Positions 48,504 to 61,500 of a stretch of 64,000 nucleotides of DNA are shown here, piece by piece. Positions within the stretch are counted from its first letter, which is position 1. Each line of letters opens with the position of its first letter. The notes below the pieces were generated by a model that saw nothing but the letters and a program-made list of their open reading frames with translations, searched no databases and was not told the origin of the DNA. The translations under genes were made by a program, and so were the position numbers. The stretch is from Zygnema circumcarinatum SAG 698-1b (lineage: Eukaryota > Plantae > Zygnematophyceae): contig CM074808.1 of assembly GCA_037447605.1 (NCBI GenBank), positions 186,001 to 250,000 on the forward strand, given 5' to 3'.

Positions 48504-50817
48504 CTTCCTGTCTTCACACCTCACTCAGTCGGTCGGCCTCTACTTCCCATTACTTCTCACCACAGGGCCTGGCACTCCACCTCGGCCTCTATGCTACCAT
48601 CTTCGCTAGTGGTAGCTCGCTTTGTCTATCTCTCTCTCATACATGGTCTCCCTCGCCCTCTCCCTCTCGCTCCCTTCCTCTCCCTCTCCCTTTCCCTCTC
48701 CCTCCCTCTCGGAAGCTCTCTACTTCGTTGCTGGATGGCTCCTATCTATTGAAAACTCTGTTCCTCTCCCACTCTCCACCTCTCTTTTCACTTTCCCTAC
48801 CGCTCTCTATCTCTCTATATCTCCCTCTCCCTCTCCCTCTCTCTCCCTCTCTTTCTCCTTCGCTCCCGCTCTCTCCCCCTCTCTCTCCCTCTCTACTCCC
48901 TCGCTCTTCCTCACCCTCCCTCTCCCTCTCTCTCCCTTTCTCTCCCCCTCTTTCTCTCGCCCTCCGACTCCCTCACTCTCCCTCTCCCTCTCACTCCCCC
49001 TCTCTCCCCCTCTCACTCTCTCACTCCCTCTCCCTCACCCTCTCCCTCACGCTCTCCCTTACCCTCTCCCTCCCTCTCCCTCCCTCTCTCTCCCTCCCTT
49101 TCCCTCTCCCTCACTCTCCCTCTCCCTCTCTCCCTCTCTCTCTCCCTTTCCCCCCCTCTCTCCCGCCTAATCTTTTTCAAAATTTCGTACCCCTCCCCGC
49201 GCCCTCCCGTTCTTTTCCCCTTCCCGAGGGGTCCTAAGCTCCCCCCGTGACGCCTGTCACGCCCGCCGCCATGGTTTCGTTCCCTGCCCGCCCCCTCCCT
49301 GCCCGCTCGCCTCTCCAAAACCTTTCCCCTCCGTCCCCTTCAAAACCCTAAAATTTCCGGCCCACCCCTCGCCCTCCCAGGGCGCTATACCTCATTTGTA
49401 CCCGAACCGAAGAAAACTTTCAAATTTCGCTCAAAATTGTGGTCCAGTTCCGGCCCGAGATCTCCTCCACGCATTGTGATTGGCGGGGATTTTATTCAGC
49501 GAATGGGAGGGCATCACGTGGCAGATTTTTGGGCGGCAGAGGATGTGGTCAGGAGGGAAAAGCGGAATGTTTCGAACTAATTTGGGGGCAAAAAATTGAA
49601 ATTTGAATTTTGGGAATTTTGGTGTCAGAGAGACGGGCCGGATGGGCGGGTTTTTGCGCGGTCGTAATTTTTCAATTTCGGAATCTCAAAGTTTTTCTGC
49701 TATTTATTTTTCGAGTTTTTGGGAAAAAATCGATCGATTGTTTCAGGAATTTTGCGCGGATTAGCAGAAGTTTTGGACCAATGAGGATTTGCCTCGTGTA
49801 TCTTTGACAGATTTGTTCATAGAGATAACGTTACTGTTAGACTGTAACTGTGACAGCAGAACGTAGGGTCAAGAGTGCATGTACGGTATTCTGTCGTATT
49901 GTGGGGTGTTTGTCGTGACTTGTGTACGTTTCTGTACGGTAATTAATTCCGTACTGGTTTGACCTTATTTGTACGGTCGGCCCTAGAGTCGGTTCTCATT
50001 TTTGAGGATGTCCGTCCGCCAAGAGCTCCCATGAACCATGTTCTCGGCAACATTGGCCGGCGTATGTTGGAGCAACAACAACAAGAGGCATCTTGCATTC
50101 TTGGCGAACAACGATTCTATGTTGGCCTACAAAAAATCCGTCAAACGGTGTAGCATATAACTGCAGGAATGCACCCTCTGACATCCACTCGCTGCAAAAA
50201 CAAGAACTGAACACAAACAAATTCACATCATTCATTCATTCATCTCTTCAAACAAACAATTGTACATGTGACTGCCGTCGTCACGTCACGTCTGCGAACC
50301 ATCTCTCCAAATGCTCTAAGCATGCGCCTAACACGCCTCCACACACTAGGTTGTTCAACAACCCTTCGACTAGAACAACACAGCATGAAATAAGACAAAG
50401 TCTGGCTTTACAAGAATAGTTCTTCGACATGAATGCAACAAATTTTCCTAGACAACGAGCCCGATGAGTCCCGATTGTGGACATTTACACTAACACATCT
50501 ACAAGACTACTCATGCAAGTTTGGTCAACAACAACACCTACAAAGCCATAATCTTAACCTCCTCCAATTCCTCCCCCCCTTCCCTTCATCTTCCTTCGAT
50601 GCTCCACCATTTCCTCCTCAAATCGAATCCATTCCATGGCCTTAGGGTATTAAGGGTTTAGGGCTCACATTTCCTCCTCCATCTCCTCCATACACATAAC
50701 TTGGCCCATTCACAAACGCCGCCTTTGAAGCAGTGAGGCCGTTCACTGCTACAGAGCACTGATTTAGGGTTTCCATGCCATCCAAAGACGTTTCCATGGG
50801 GTTTAGGGTTTAGGGCG

Positions 50818-53354
50818 TTAGTCCCCTCCAAAAGTCCCCCAGTCGAATTCCTCGTTCTTGCCATCTCCTGAGAGGCCCTTCAACTGCGGCCATGCATCCG
50901 CCAAGTAGTTCAGCAAAGAACGCGGCCTCTCCGTTCCGTTCTCCGTTACAACGGGAAGCGACGGTGACAACGGCGACTGTTCAACAAGCCCCATCACATG
51001 CTGGAAATCCGTAAAATCCGTTGCACACGTGTCGACTAGAGGCGGAAGGCTGCCCGGAAGCAAAATTTCCGCATCCGAAAGATGAGACGGCTGAAATCTG
51101 TTCCAGTCCGAATCCCCCACAAACTGGCCGTCGATTCCGCTTCCGCCGTCCGAAAGATTCCAAGAACTGCCGCCGCTTACGTCAGACGGCTCCAAATAGC
51201 TTGGTATGAGGGCCTCCAGCGGAAGCACATAATCTAGGGCTGACGTGGACCAGGACATAGGATTCTGGATCGAATCTACCTGGAGAATCGGATTCCCTCG
51301 TTCATATCTGATTCGATTGATAAGATCCTCATGAGGATCTGAGAGATCTGAGATGTACGAACATATCTTCCCAAAGGGACCCGTCGTGGACGCCATAGAG
51401 AACGTACGGACAAGCGGAGGGAAATCATCCGAAACCACGAAAGGTTTGTTCTCCTCGTGGTTTTTTCCAAAGTACTTTTCCACATTTCCAGGTTTTTGAA
51501 GATTTTCGGGACATTCAAAACTTGGAGAATTTCCCATGGGGGGGCACCCTTTGGAGGGCGGGTCCGTACGGAGGGGCGGAGTGGGTGAGCGCATTTCCAT
51601 GCTCGCAGTAACAGTCACACTTCCAGTTCCAGTTCTAGATGGGGTTGAACGGTAGTCCGTTAATCTGAGAGCCTGCTCGGACTCCGCTGCTTCAGTGTGC
51701 TCTGCCTTGCGCTTTCCCTGAGAGAGAGGGAGAGAGGTGTCAGTGGTAGCGAGAGACAAAAATCCCCTCTCCCCCCCATTCTCCCTCCCCTCCCCCTTCC
51801 TCCCTCGCTCTCTCTCTCTCCCTCCACCCCCCCTCCCTCCACCTCCCTCCCACTCTCTCTCTCTCCCTCTCTCTCTTTCCAACCCTCTCTCTCTCCAACC
51901 CTCTCTCTCCCTCCCCCTCTATCTCCCCCTGACTCTCTCCCTTTCTCCCTCCCTCCCTCTCTTTCTCCCTCCCTCTCCCTCTCTCCCTCTCCCTCTCTCT
52001 CTCTCCCTTCCTCCTTCCCTTCCCCCTCCCTCCCTCTCTCTCTCCTTCTCTCTCCCTCTCTCTCTCTGCAGCGTGCGTACCTTCGCCGCCAGTTCCGGCA
52101 TCCGCCTCTTCAGCACGGCGTTCCAATGATTCTGCGCCACGTGTCCCCACACACCCACTCAGTTCACACCCAATCTTTCCCTTCCCTTCACATTTCAATT
52201 ACATAGACTAAAAAAACAAGTAGAAAATAAAAAATATTTTCGTTGTAAAAATAATAATTAACATATATATACATAATTTTTACCTTGATACCGTTGTCGG
52301 TGCGCCCGGGCAGGTGGGCGGCGATTGCGGCCCACCTGGGACCGAGCTCCACATGGCGCGCTATGATTTGCTGCTCCTCCTCGGCCGTGAACGCCTCCTT
52401 CCGGATCTGCCCCATTTCAAAAAAATTGCGAAAAAAAAAGTTCAACCTGCATCCATTGGAAGCTAAATTGAGTAAAAACTGAACTTGAAATCGAACGGTG
52501 ATTTGGCGATTTGGCGGCGAGGGCGGATAAAAAATCAACGGATGGGACTCGTCACACGTGTGATCGAACTATTTGAGCATGTGTAGGCCAATTGGCATTC
52601 AAGCTCTGGGGGGTTCAGCTTTCGAATTTGGAGGTTGAGTGTGGGAAATTTTGTGATGGGACCCTTCCTATGAGAAGGAGTGTGTTCAGAAACAGTTCTA
52701 CTTTTGTTATGAACATAGAAACAGTTGAGAATGCTCTCCCCCTCTTGCGGCCTCTCCCACTCTCTCCCCCACCTTTGAAATTTCCTGCCTCTCATCGAGT
52801 CCCTACCTCCTCATGCTCTTCCAATTTGACTGTCACCTTGCCCCGTCCCTCTTTCCTCCTCTCCCTCTCTCCTCCTCTCCCTCTCTCCTCCTCTCCCTCT
52901 CTCCTCCTTTCCCTCTCTCCTCCTCACCCACCCTCCCCCTCTCCCTCTCCGCCTCCTCTTCCTCTGCCCAAATTTCTACCCATCCACCTCCCATCCTCCC
53001 TCTGCTTTCTCTACTCCCCTTCTTCCTCGATCACCCTCTCCCCTTCCTCCCTCTCCCAACCCCCCTTACCCTCTCTCTCCCTCAAAATTTCCACCTTCCA
53101 CTCATACTTACCCATCCTCTACCCTCTCTCACCCTGCCCCCTCTCCCTACCTCTCCCCTCCCTCTCCCCCCCCTCCTCCGCCTCCCTCCCACCTGCGGGT
53201 CCAGCTGGTTGCACCACCGCAGGCGGCAGCTCTTCCCCGACCTCCCGCCCATCTCCCGCGCGATCGCCGCCCACTCCCTCTTTCCGTACAACGCCACGAG
53301 CCGCTGCAGCCGCTCGTCCTCTTCCCGCCGCCACGCCCCCTTCACCGCCTCCAT
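50818..53354 (-). CDS. R2R3-MYB transcription factor ([10 protein letters not shown] type, related to land-plant subgroups 21/22/23)
   Basis: Exons 53354-53193, 52406-52284, 52131-52081, 51717-50818(TAA). MYB repeats: [76 protein letters not shown]. Followed by a ~300-aa Ser/Pro/acidic C-terminus. The start codon is inferred. Confidence 0.9.
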
Positions 53355-54036
53355 CTCCCCTTCCTCTCCCCTTCCTCCCATCTTACCCTCCCTCTCCCAC
53401 TTCCTCTCCCTCTCCCTCTCCTCTCTCTCCCTCCCTCTCCCTCCCTCTCCCTCACCTCTCTCTCTCCCTCCTTCTCCCTCCCTCTCCCTCTCCTCTCTCT
53501 CCCCTCCCTCTCCCTCCCTCCCCCCCCGCCCCCCCGCGCCCTCGTCAGCCGTCACTCCCTCTCAGTGGCTCACTCTCTCATCGCCGCCGCCAAAATGGAT
53601 AACTTTCGGGCCTTTGTTCACACTTCGCAAGTGCGGGAAAAAGTAACATCCGTACCGTCGTTGTGGTGTTCACAAACCTTCCGTACGTTTCGTACGTGAA
53701 AGCGCAGTGTCATGGGTGCATGCATGCATGGGTAACACCATGAAAGTATGTACCGATAGCACATGTCCGTACACATTTTCGTACATGCAAACGAACGGCC
53801 ACGATTGGAGGAAACCAGCAAAGACTTGCGCGCCACGTGGTGACAAATTTAGTGCAAGATCAGATGTTTTTGTCGTGTATTGAAGTTGCTTGTCGTTTTG
53901 GGCCCACGTCACGACAGGCCCGTCGTATGAAGGCGCGGGCGCCATCATAAGGGGGCGCGTGCAGAGGGACCAGGGGCGGCAGAGTTTGTCGTTTTAACTA
54001 AAGACAAAAATATACCAGAATTTTGCCATAAAATTT

Positions 54037-54929
54037 GGGTAGTGATATTTCCACCCCTTTTTTGGATCCAAACACCCCTTCCCGGCCGGGCAGATTTCAA
54101 AAGGGATTAAAAACGGAAAATGCTATTTTCACACCTTTTTGGAATCGATACCCACCTTCTTCCGTCGGCTGATTTTATCTTTGCTAACCAAGGAAAATGA
54201 TACCCCGTCACCGCATTTTGAATACTGTATCCCGCCTCCCTGAATTTTTTTTTTGAGGGAAAGAAATATCTGCCTGCCCGAATCCGCTCGGAGCGGAAGA
54301 TCCGTCCGCCACGAGATCGTTCGCGGGTGTCCGTCCTTCACACGTGCGTGTCAATCGCATCTGTCGATTTCCCTCGCAGATCGCACCACTGCAGGTCACC
54401 GTTCGATCTGCTGCCGGGCTCGATCTTATCGAATGGAAACCGCCCACGAGTCCCGCCAAAGCCGGATCGCACGCGCGAGTGCGCTGCCACGTGTTAAATT
54501 TTTGACGTGAAAACTTTGATTGGTCCAAGCTCTCAATGTACGAAATATTGGGTTCCTCAAAGTTGCGACCGTACGACATTTGTACGGACAACTTTTTGAG
54601 ACGACTTTGGCGGGATACGTGGGCACCTGCCATTCGCTGTGACCGAGCCCTCCTGCAGAGCAAATAGTGATCTGCCATGTTGCGATCTGCGAGGGAATCG
54701 ACGGCTGCGATTGGCCGCACGCGTGAAAAAAAATTCAGGTAGGCGGGATATTCAAAATGGGGTGACGGGTTATTTCCTTGTTTCGCAAAAATAAAATCTG
54801 CCGATGGAGGGTGGGTATCGATTCCAAAAAGATGTGAAAAAAGCATTTTCCGTTTTTAATCCCTTTTGAAATCTGCCCGGCCGGGAAGGGGTGTTTGGAT
54901 CCAAAAAAGGGGTGGAAATATCACTACCC
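54037..54929. mobile_element. Non-autonomous foldback/MITE-like element: long imperfect inverted arms 54037-54461 and 54605-54929
   Basis: Left gggtagtgatatttccacccc...ggatccaaacaccccttcccggccgggcagatttcaaaagggattaaaaacggaaaatgc is the reverse complement of 54845-54929. Homology continues inward (tcgatttccctcgcagatcgca vs tgcgatctgcgagggaatcga; cccgccaaag vs ctttggcggg). No coding capacity and no clear TSD found. Confidence 0.6.
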
Positions 54930-54951
54930 ATTTTATATGACAATATAATTG

Positions 54952-55702
54952 GGGGGCGACTATTTACAGTGTACGGATTCTGAATGTAGTGTACGATTTC
55001 GCCGGGCAGCAAAAAAATCCTTTTTTTGGTTGCCCGGCGCTGTTTCATACTTTTTAGAATAGATACAGACCTTTTTTCGTCGGATGTACGGATAGTGATT
55101 TGAAATGTACGAAGCGCGCGCGTCTACAAGGTATAAGGGCGCAACACGTGGAGCAACATGATTGGTCGCAGCAACATATGACGTGGCAAATATGTTTGGG
55201 ACCGTGACGTGACGAAACGAGACGCGAAAAAAGTGGAGTCCGCGGACGGCAGTCGGAAATGGCGGGAATAAAAACTGACAGATTTTTCCTCAAACACGCT
55301 ACGTTATGTGCCCTATCTTNNNNNNNNNNAGAGAAAGATAGGGCACATAACGTAGCGTGTTTGAGGAAAAATCTGTCAGTTTTTATTCCCGCCATTTCCG
55401 ACTGCCGTCCGCGGACTCCACTTTTTTCGCGTCTCGTTTCGTCACGTCACGGTCCCAAACATATTTGCCACGTCATATGTTGCTGCGACCAATCATGTTG
55501 CTCCACGTGTTGCGCCCTTATACCTTGTAGACGCGCGCGCTTCGTACATTTCAAATCACTATCCGTACATCCGACGAAAAAAGGTCTGTATCTATTCTAA
55601 AAAGTATGAAACAGCGCCGGGCAACCAAAAAAAGGATTTTTTTGTTGCCCGGCGAAATCGTACACTACATTCAGAATCCGTACACTGTAAATAGTCGCCC
55701 CC
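54952..55702. repeat. Near-perfect ~368-bp palindrome centred on a 10-N gap
   Basis: 54952-55319 is the reverse complement of 55335-55702, with at least one mismatch (gggcagc vs gggcaac). Confidence 0.85.
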
Positions 55703-56874
55703 TATAATTGTAGTATTTATCAACAATTTCGATTAGATGTTGCAATGGACGGACAAGATTCGCCGACGCCTTTTTTTCAACTTCGCAGATTTATCGTTTA
55801 CTGCCTTCTCCTCTAATGTCGGTGGAAAAATCACGTCACGTCACGTCACGACAATCCCCTCGTTCCGCCGCTCCTATTGGTCTTCAAGATTCGCCGACGT
55901 GGACTCCACGTGAAGCTACTAGTCACCGCATACGACAAAAATGGAATCCCAACTTTGTCATTCATCGTAAAAAACAAACGGTTAAAAAGTGGACAGAAAA
56001 GTGACACGCTTCGGTCGCCCGATAGATTTAAAAGGTCGAGTCAGATTCCATGTCACCTTCGATCATCACAAATTGTCGGATCTGATCCATTCGTAGTCTA
56101 CCGATATCGGAGTGTAAAAGACCTACCAGAAACGACAAAACATTGTGACACAAAAAGACAATGGCTTTAACAGAAAAACGTACGGTTCTGAAGCCGCCGA
56201 CCAAGGGTCGTCCAAGACTGACACGTACGACAAAATAGAATTGTCCGTTTGCAAGTTCCGTACGGTCAAATCTTTCCGGCACACCCATTGTCTTCAACCA
56301 AATTCTGGTTAGCTATGTACGGACCGTTTGGATCCGTACAGTGCTATGAGCACCCCCCTAAACCTTAAAAGTGCGATTTCAGGGTTCAACTACGCTCAGC
56401 TTTGCTAGGTAATTTCGCACGCACAAGAGTCGTTGCATGACGGGTTGAATGAGATTGGATGAAATTGAAGGAAGTTCACTTTGTGTCCACAAACCCGTAC
56501 ATGTTTGCTAGCGTGCCTTCTATTTCACAAAATACCTTAATCGTTGTTTTCTTAGTTTCCTTCTTATGGTGTGTGTACAGAACAATTTTTCTTTTCTTTT
56601 AAATCAGTTGAGGGACCTTCACTGTTTACAAAGGCATCCTTTCGAATTCTACGCGGAACGGAAAAAATAAGAAAGGGAAGGGAAGGGACGGGGGGGCGGC
56701 CCATACGACCCAACGACCCATTTACTTTTTTCAAACACCCCTCAGGAAAGGGAGGGGAGCCGTGTGACATATGTCACGTCTTGTCACGTCATGTTATGTC
56801 ATGTCATGTCAACAATCGTCCCACGCTCCCCCACCATGTCACGTCGCTGACCGACCCAAAATTGAGATATTGAT

Positions 56875-58523
56875 TCACCCCTTGAGCTTGTCGAGCAAAA
56901 TTTTGTTCATGAGCGACGGGTTGACCCGCCCGCCCGAAACCTTCATCACCTGCGACGAAAGGGGGAGGGAGTCAGCCGGGAGGCCGCACAAACTGAATTT
57001 CCATTCAGTGAAACTGCACTGTGAAATTCTCTCCCTCTCCCTCTCCCGCTCCCTCTCCCTCTCCGCTCCCTCTCCCTCTCCCTCTCCCTCTCCCGCTCCC
57101 TCTCCCGCTCNNNNNNNNNNGGGGAGTAGAGAGGGGGAGGGATGGAGAGTGCATCCTCTCACCTGCAAAAGACCCCTTTCCTCAACAAGAGCTTTCACGC
57201 TTCCGCCCTTCTGGAGAAGCTCCGGCAAAATCTGCATAGAACTCAATTTCCGGAGGGCAATTAAATTTCCGAAAGCAGATTCTTTCATTCTGGCATTCAA
57301 AAGCAACTTCTCAAAAAACCCTCAGCACCCATTTTCCTCTCTCTCTCCCTCTCTCTCTCTATAACCTTCCCCACCCCTTCTATATATGCTCTGCCTTTGG
57401 GGGGAGAGCGCACCTCTTTTCCAATTTTTCCGCTGATGGTTTCGTCCTTTATGAGCGCGACGAGCTCTGCAAGAGTCTCGGGCGGCATTTTGATTTCTTT
57501 TATGGTCAGTTTCTCTGCATTTAAATATCCCGTGATGTCACCCATCATCCAATTTGCAGCTGCTTTGACGTCAGCGCCGGCGTCCAGCACAGCGTCAAAG
57601 TACGCTGCTACCTGCACAGGGGAAGTGAGAGAGTGAGAGAGAGAGAGGGCAGAGAGAGAGAGTAAGAGTGAGAGAGAGAGGGAGAGTGAGAGCGAAAGAG
57701 GGAAGAGAGAGAGGGAGAGTGAGAGAGGGAGAGTGAGAGAGAGGGGAGGGAGAGGGAGAGGGAGGAGGGNNNNNNNNNNGACAGGGAGAGGGAGAGGGAG
57801 AGGGAGCACACCTCACAGTCATTTGCAAGCACTATCACGTCCTGCATGCTGAGGCCCATCCCTTCATATCTCCGGCGCTTTGCATCGGGAAGTTCTGGAA
57901 GCGATTTTTGTACTTCTTCTAAGTATGATTCGCTGAGTACTACTTCCGGAAGATCGGGCTCTGGAAAATATCGGTAGTCCGCCAAACCCTCTTTTTTCCG
58001 CATGCTGATCGTACGCTGAATGGGGGGGGGAAAAGTACAGTCAGGAAAAGAAATTCAAAAATATGATTTAAAGAAAGGAGAAAACTTGAAAAACTCTTGA
58101 AGATCCTGAAATGAAGGAGTGTGAAAATTCCGAAGTTCGAGAATGTAGAAAAAACTGGAAAACTTTTTTTTTTCTCGTAATTTTTCTCTTTTTTTTTGTG
58201 CCAGACCTGCGCTGCTTCATCCCAGGACCGCGTTTCTTGAACAATTTCGTCCCCCCTGCCCGAATTTTTCAGCTCCGTTTGACGAAAAATTTCAAACTCG
58301 ATCGCTCGCTGCATCGCTGAAAACGAGTTCATGTTTTTTATTTCCACCTGTCCAAAAAACAGTCAACCGAAGTGGGGCTATGTTTGAGAAAATTAATCAA
58401 ATTCCAATGCTTCTTCAAATGGGTACCCTGTTCCTGACCTTACCCTAACACTAACACTAATTTCAGCTGCAGAAATTTACAACGCTTCAAGAAAAATTCT
58501 TCCCTCCCCCCACCGTCTCTCTC

Positions 58524-58554
<31 letters not shown>

Positions 58555-61500
58555 TTCTCTTTCTCTCTCTCTCTCTTTTTCTCTCTCTCTCCTCTCCTCT
58601 CTCTCTCTCTCTCTCTCTCCCCCCCCCCCCCCCAACCCCCCAAAAAAAAGACAAGGAAGAAATCCTCTTTAACCCCCTTAACCCGCCCTAGGCAAGGTTC
58701 GAACCCAAGACTTTGAAGTTATTTATTTCCCCCAACTTTCAGCTCACCTTTGTCCCGAACTTTTCCTGCCCCTTTGGGCGAATAGAAATGTTGACATCAC
58801 ATCTCATGGACCCCTCCGCCATATTTCCATTGCTCACACCCAAATATCGAATTAATCGCTGCAATTCCGCCGCATATTCCGCAGCCTCTACCCCTGTTCT
58901 CATATCCGGCTCCGAAACTATTTCCAAAAGTGCCACTCCCGCCCGATTTAAATCTACCTGCACCACTGTTCGACCCTCTTTCAATCCTTTCTTGATAGAT
59001 TAGGGTTTGTTTGTCTGCGCTTCTATGCAATTTTTAAGGTGTTTATATGGATTTTTATGGGGGAGAACAAAGACATGCGGCTCTTTCTAAGGTCATTTCG
59101 TAGGGTTTTCAGAGCCTTCAGAGTGTATAGAGTATTTTTTAGGGTTTGTGAGAGAGAGAGAGAGGCTCACCTGACATCCCGGAGAGCTGTCCGACCCTGA
59201 ATGGAGAAGCTTCCCGGCATCTTCCTCCATGTGGGCGCGAGTGATTCCAAACCTCCGGTGGCCCCCTCCCATCTCCACAGGAAGGTCAATGTCGACATAT
59301 CCGTCGCTTGCTATAGGGAGATCATATTGAGAAATCTGAGATAAATTAAGAAAAAAAAGGGGGGTGGGGGCGAGCAATAAGGACAACAAGATATGTGAGT
59401 TGCCGCTGCATCGTGTTTTTAGTGAGGAGAGAGAGAGAGAGAGAGAGAGAGGGAGAAGGACAAGAGGAAAGAGACGAAAAAAAACAAAGGGGAGGCAGAG
59501 AGAGCTCACCTGGTAGCCCTTGGGCAAATCCGGATAGAAGTACTGCTTCCGATCAAACTTGGATGTGGTGGCTATTTTGCAGTTGAGTGCGAGGCCCACT
59601 TTTGCGGAGTACTGAATCGCCTTCTGGTTCATTGTGGGGAGGGCTCCGGGGAGGCCCATGCAGACCNNNNNNNNNNAGAGGGAGAGGGAGAGGGAGTGGG
59701 AGAGGGAGAGGGAGAGGGAGTGGGAGAGGGAGAGGCAGAGGGAGAGGGAGAGGGACAGGGAGAGGGAGAGGGAGAGGGAGCACACCTCACAGTCATTTGC
59801 AAGCACTATCACGTCCTGCATGCTGAGGCCCATCCCTTCATATCTCCGGCGCTTTGCATCGGGAAGTTCTGGAAGCGATTTTTGTACTTCTTCTAAGTAT
59901 GATTCGCTGAGTACTACTTCCGGAAGATCGGGCTCTGGAAAATATCGGTAGTCCGCCAAACCCTCTTTTTTCCGCATGCTGATCGTACGCTGAATGGGGG
60001 GGGGAAAAGTACAGTCAGGAAAAGAAATTCAAAAATATGATTTAAAGAAAGGAGAAAACTTGAAAAACTCTTGAAGATCCTGAAATGAAGGAGTGTGAAA
60101 ATTCCGAAGTTCGAGAATGTAGAAAAACTGGAAAACTTTTTTTTTTCTCGTAATTNNNNNNNNNNCCTCTTTAACCCCCTTAACCCGCCCTAGGCAAGGT
60201 TCGAACCCAAGACTTTGAAGTTATTTATTTCCCCCAACTTTCAGCTCACCTTTGTCCCGAACTTTTCCTGCCCCTTTGGGCGAATAGAAATGTTGACATC
60301 ACATCTCATGGACCCCTCCGCCATATTTCCATTGCTCACACCCAAATATCGAATTAATCGCTGCAATTCCGCCGCATATTCCGCAGCCTCTACCCCTGTT
60401 CTCATATCCGGCTCCGAAACTATTTCCAAAAGTGCCACTCCCGCCCGATTTAAATCTACCTGCACCACTGTTCGACCCTCTTTCAATCCTTTCTTGATAG
60501 ATTAGGGTTTGTTTGTCTGCGCTTCTATGCAATTTTTAAGGTGTTTATATGGATTTTTATGGGGGAGAACAAAGACATGCGGCTCTTTCTAAGGTCATTT
60601 CGTAGGGTTTTCAGAGCCTTCAGAGTGTATAGAGTATTTTTTAGGGTTTGTGAGAGAGAGAGAGAGGCTCACCTGACATCCCGGAGAGCTGTCCGACCCT
60701 GAATGGAGAAGCTTCCCGGCATCTTCCTCCATGTGGGCGCGAGTGATTCCAAACCTCCGGTGGCCCCCTCCCATCTCCACAGGAAGGTCAATGTCGACAT
60801 ATCCGTCGCTTGCTATAGGGAGATCATATTGAGAAATCTGAGATAAATTAAGAAAAAAAAGGGGGGTGGGGGCGAGCAATAAGGACAACAAGATATGTGA
60901 GTTGCCGCTGCATCGTGTTTTTAGTGAGGAGAGAGAGAGAGAGAGAGAGAGAGGGAGAAGGACAAGAGGAAAGAGACGAAAAAAAACAAAGGGGAGGCAG
61001 AGAGAGCTCACCTGGTAGCCCTTGGGCAAATCCGGATAGAAGTACTGCTTCCGATCAAACTTGGATGTGGTGGCTATTTTGCAGTTGAGTGCGAGGCCCA
61101 CTTTTGCGGAGTACTGAATCGCCTTCTGGTTCATTGTGGGGAGGGCTCCGGGGAGGCCCATGCAGACCGGACACACGTTCGAGTTCGGCTCCGCGCCGTA
61201 CTCCGCAGCGCACGAGCAGAATGCCTGGGGGAGGGAGAGAGGGAGGGAGGGAGAGAGGGAAGGAGGGGAGAAGGGAGAGAGAGGGAGGAAAAGGGAGAAC
61301 GGGGGCTCAGAGAGTGGGAGAGGGGATCAGAGGGAGAGGGAGGGAGGGGGGGAGGGAAAGGGGCTGGGAATGAGGAAGGGAGGAGGGACTCGCAGAAGAA
61401 GGAATAGGAGGAGAGAGGGAGGAAAAGGAAGGAGTTGGGGGATGAAGGGTGATAGACAAGCAAAATGGGAGGGGAAGGGGAAAAACAGAGGGGTTAAGGA

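Noticed and set aside
48560-49275. Possible 5'UTR exons with short uORFs (MAAGVTGVTGGA*, MVA*) for the 2OG-like gene
   Set aside because: Splice sites are plausible but there is no homology or TSS constraint; too speculative without transcripts.
54208-54846. 212-aa minus-strand ORF as a transposase
   Set aside because: It lies within the foldback arms, has no DDE or other motif, and is likely a chance ORF.
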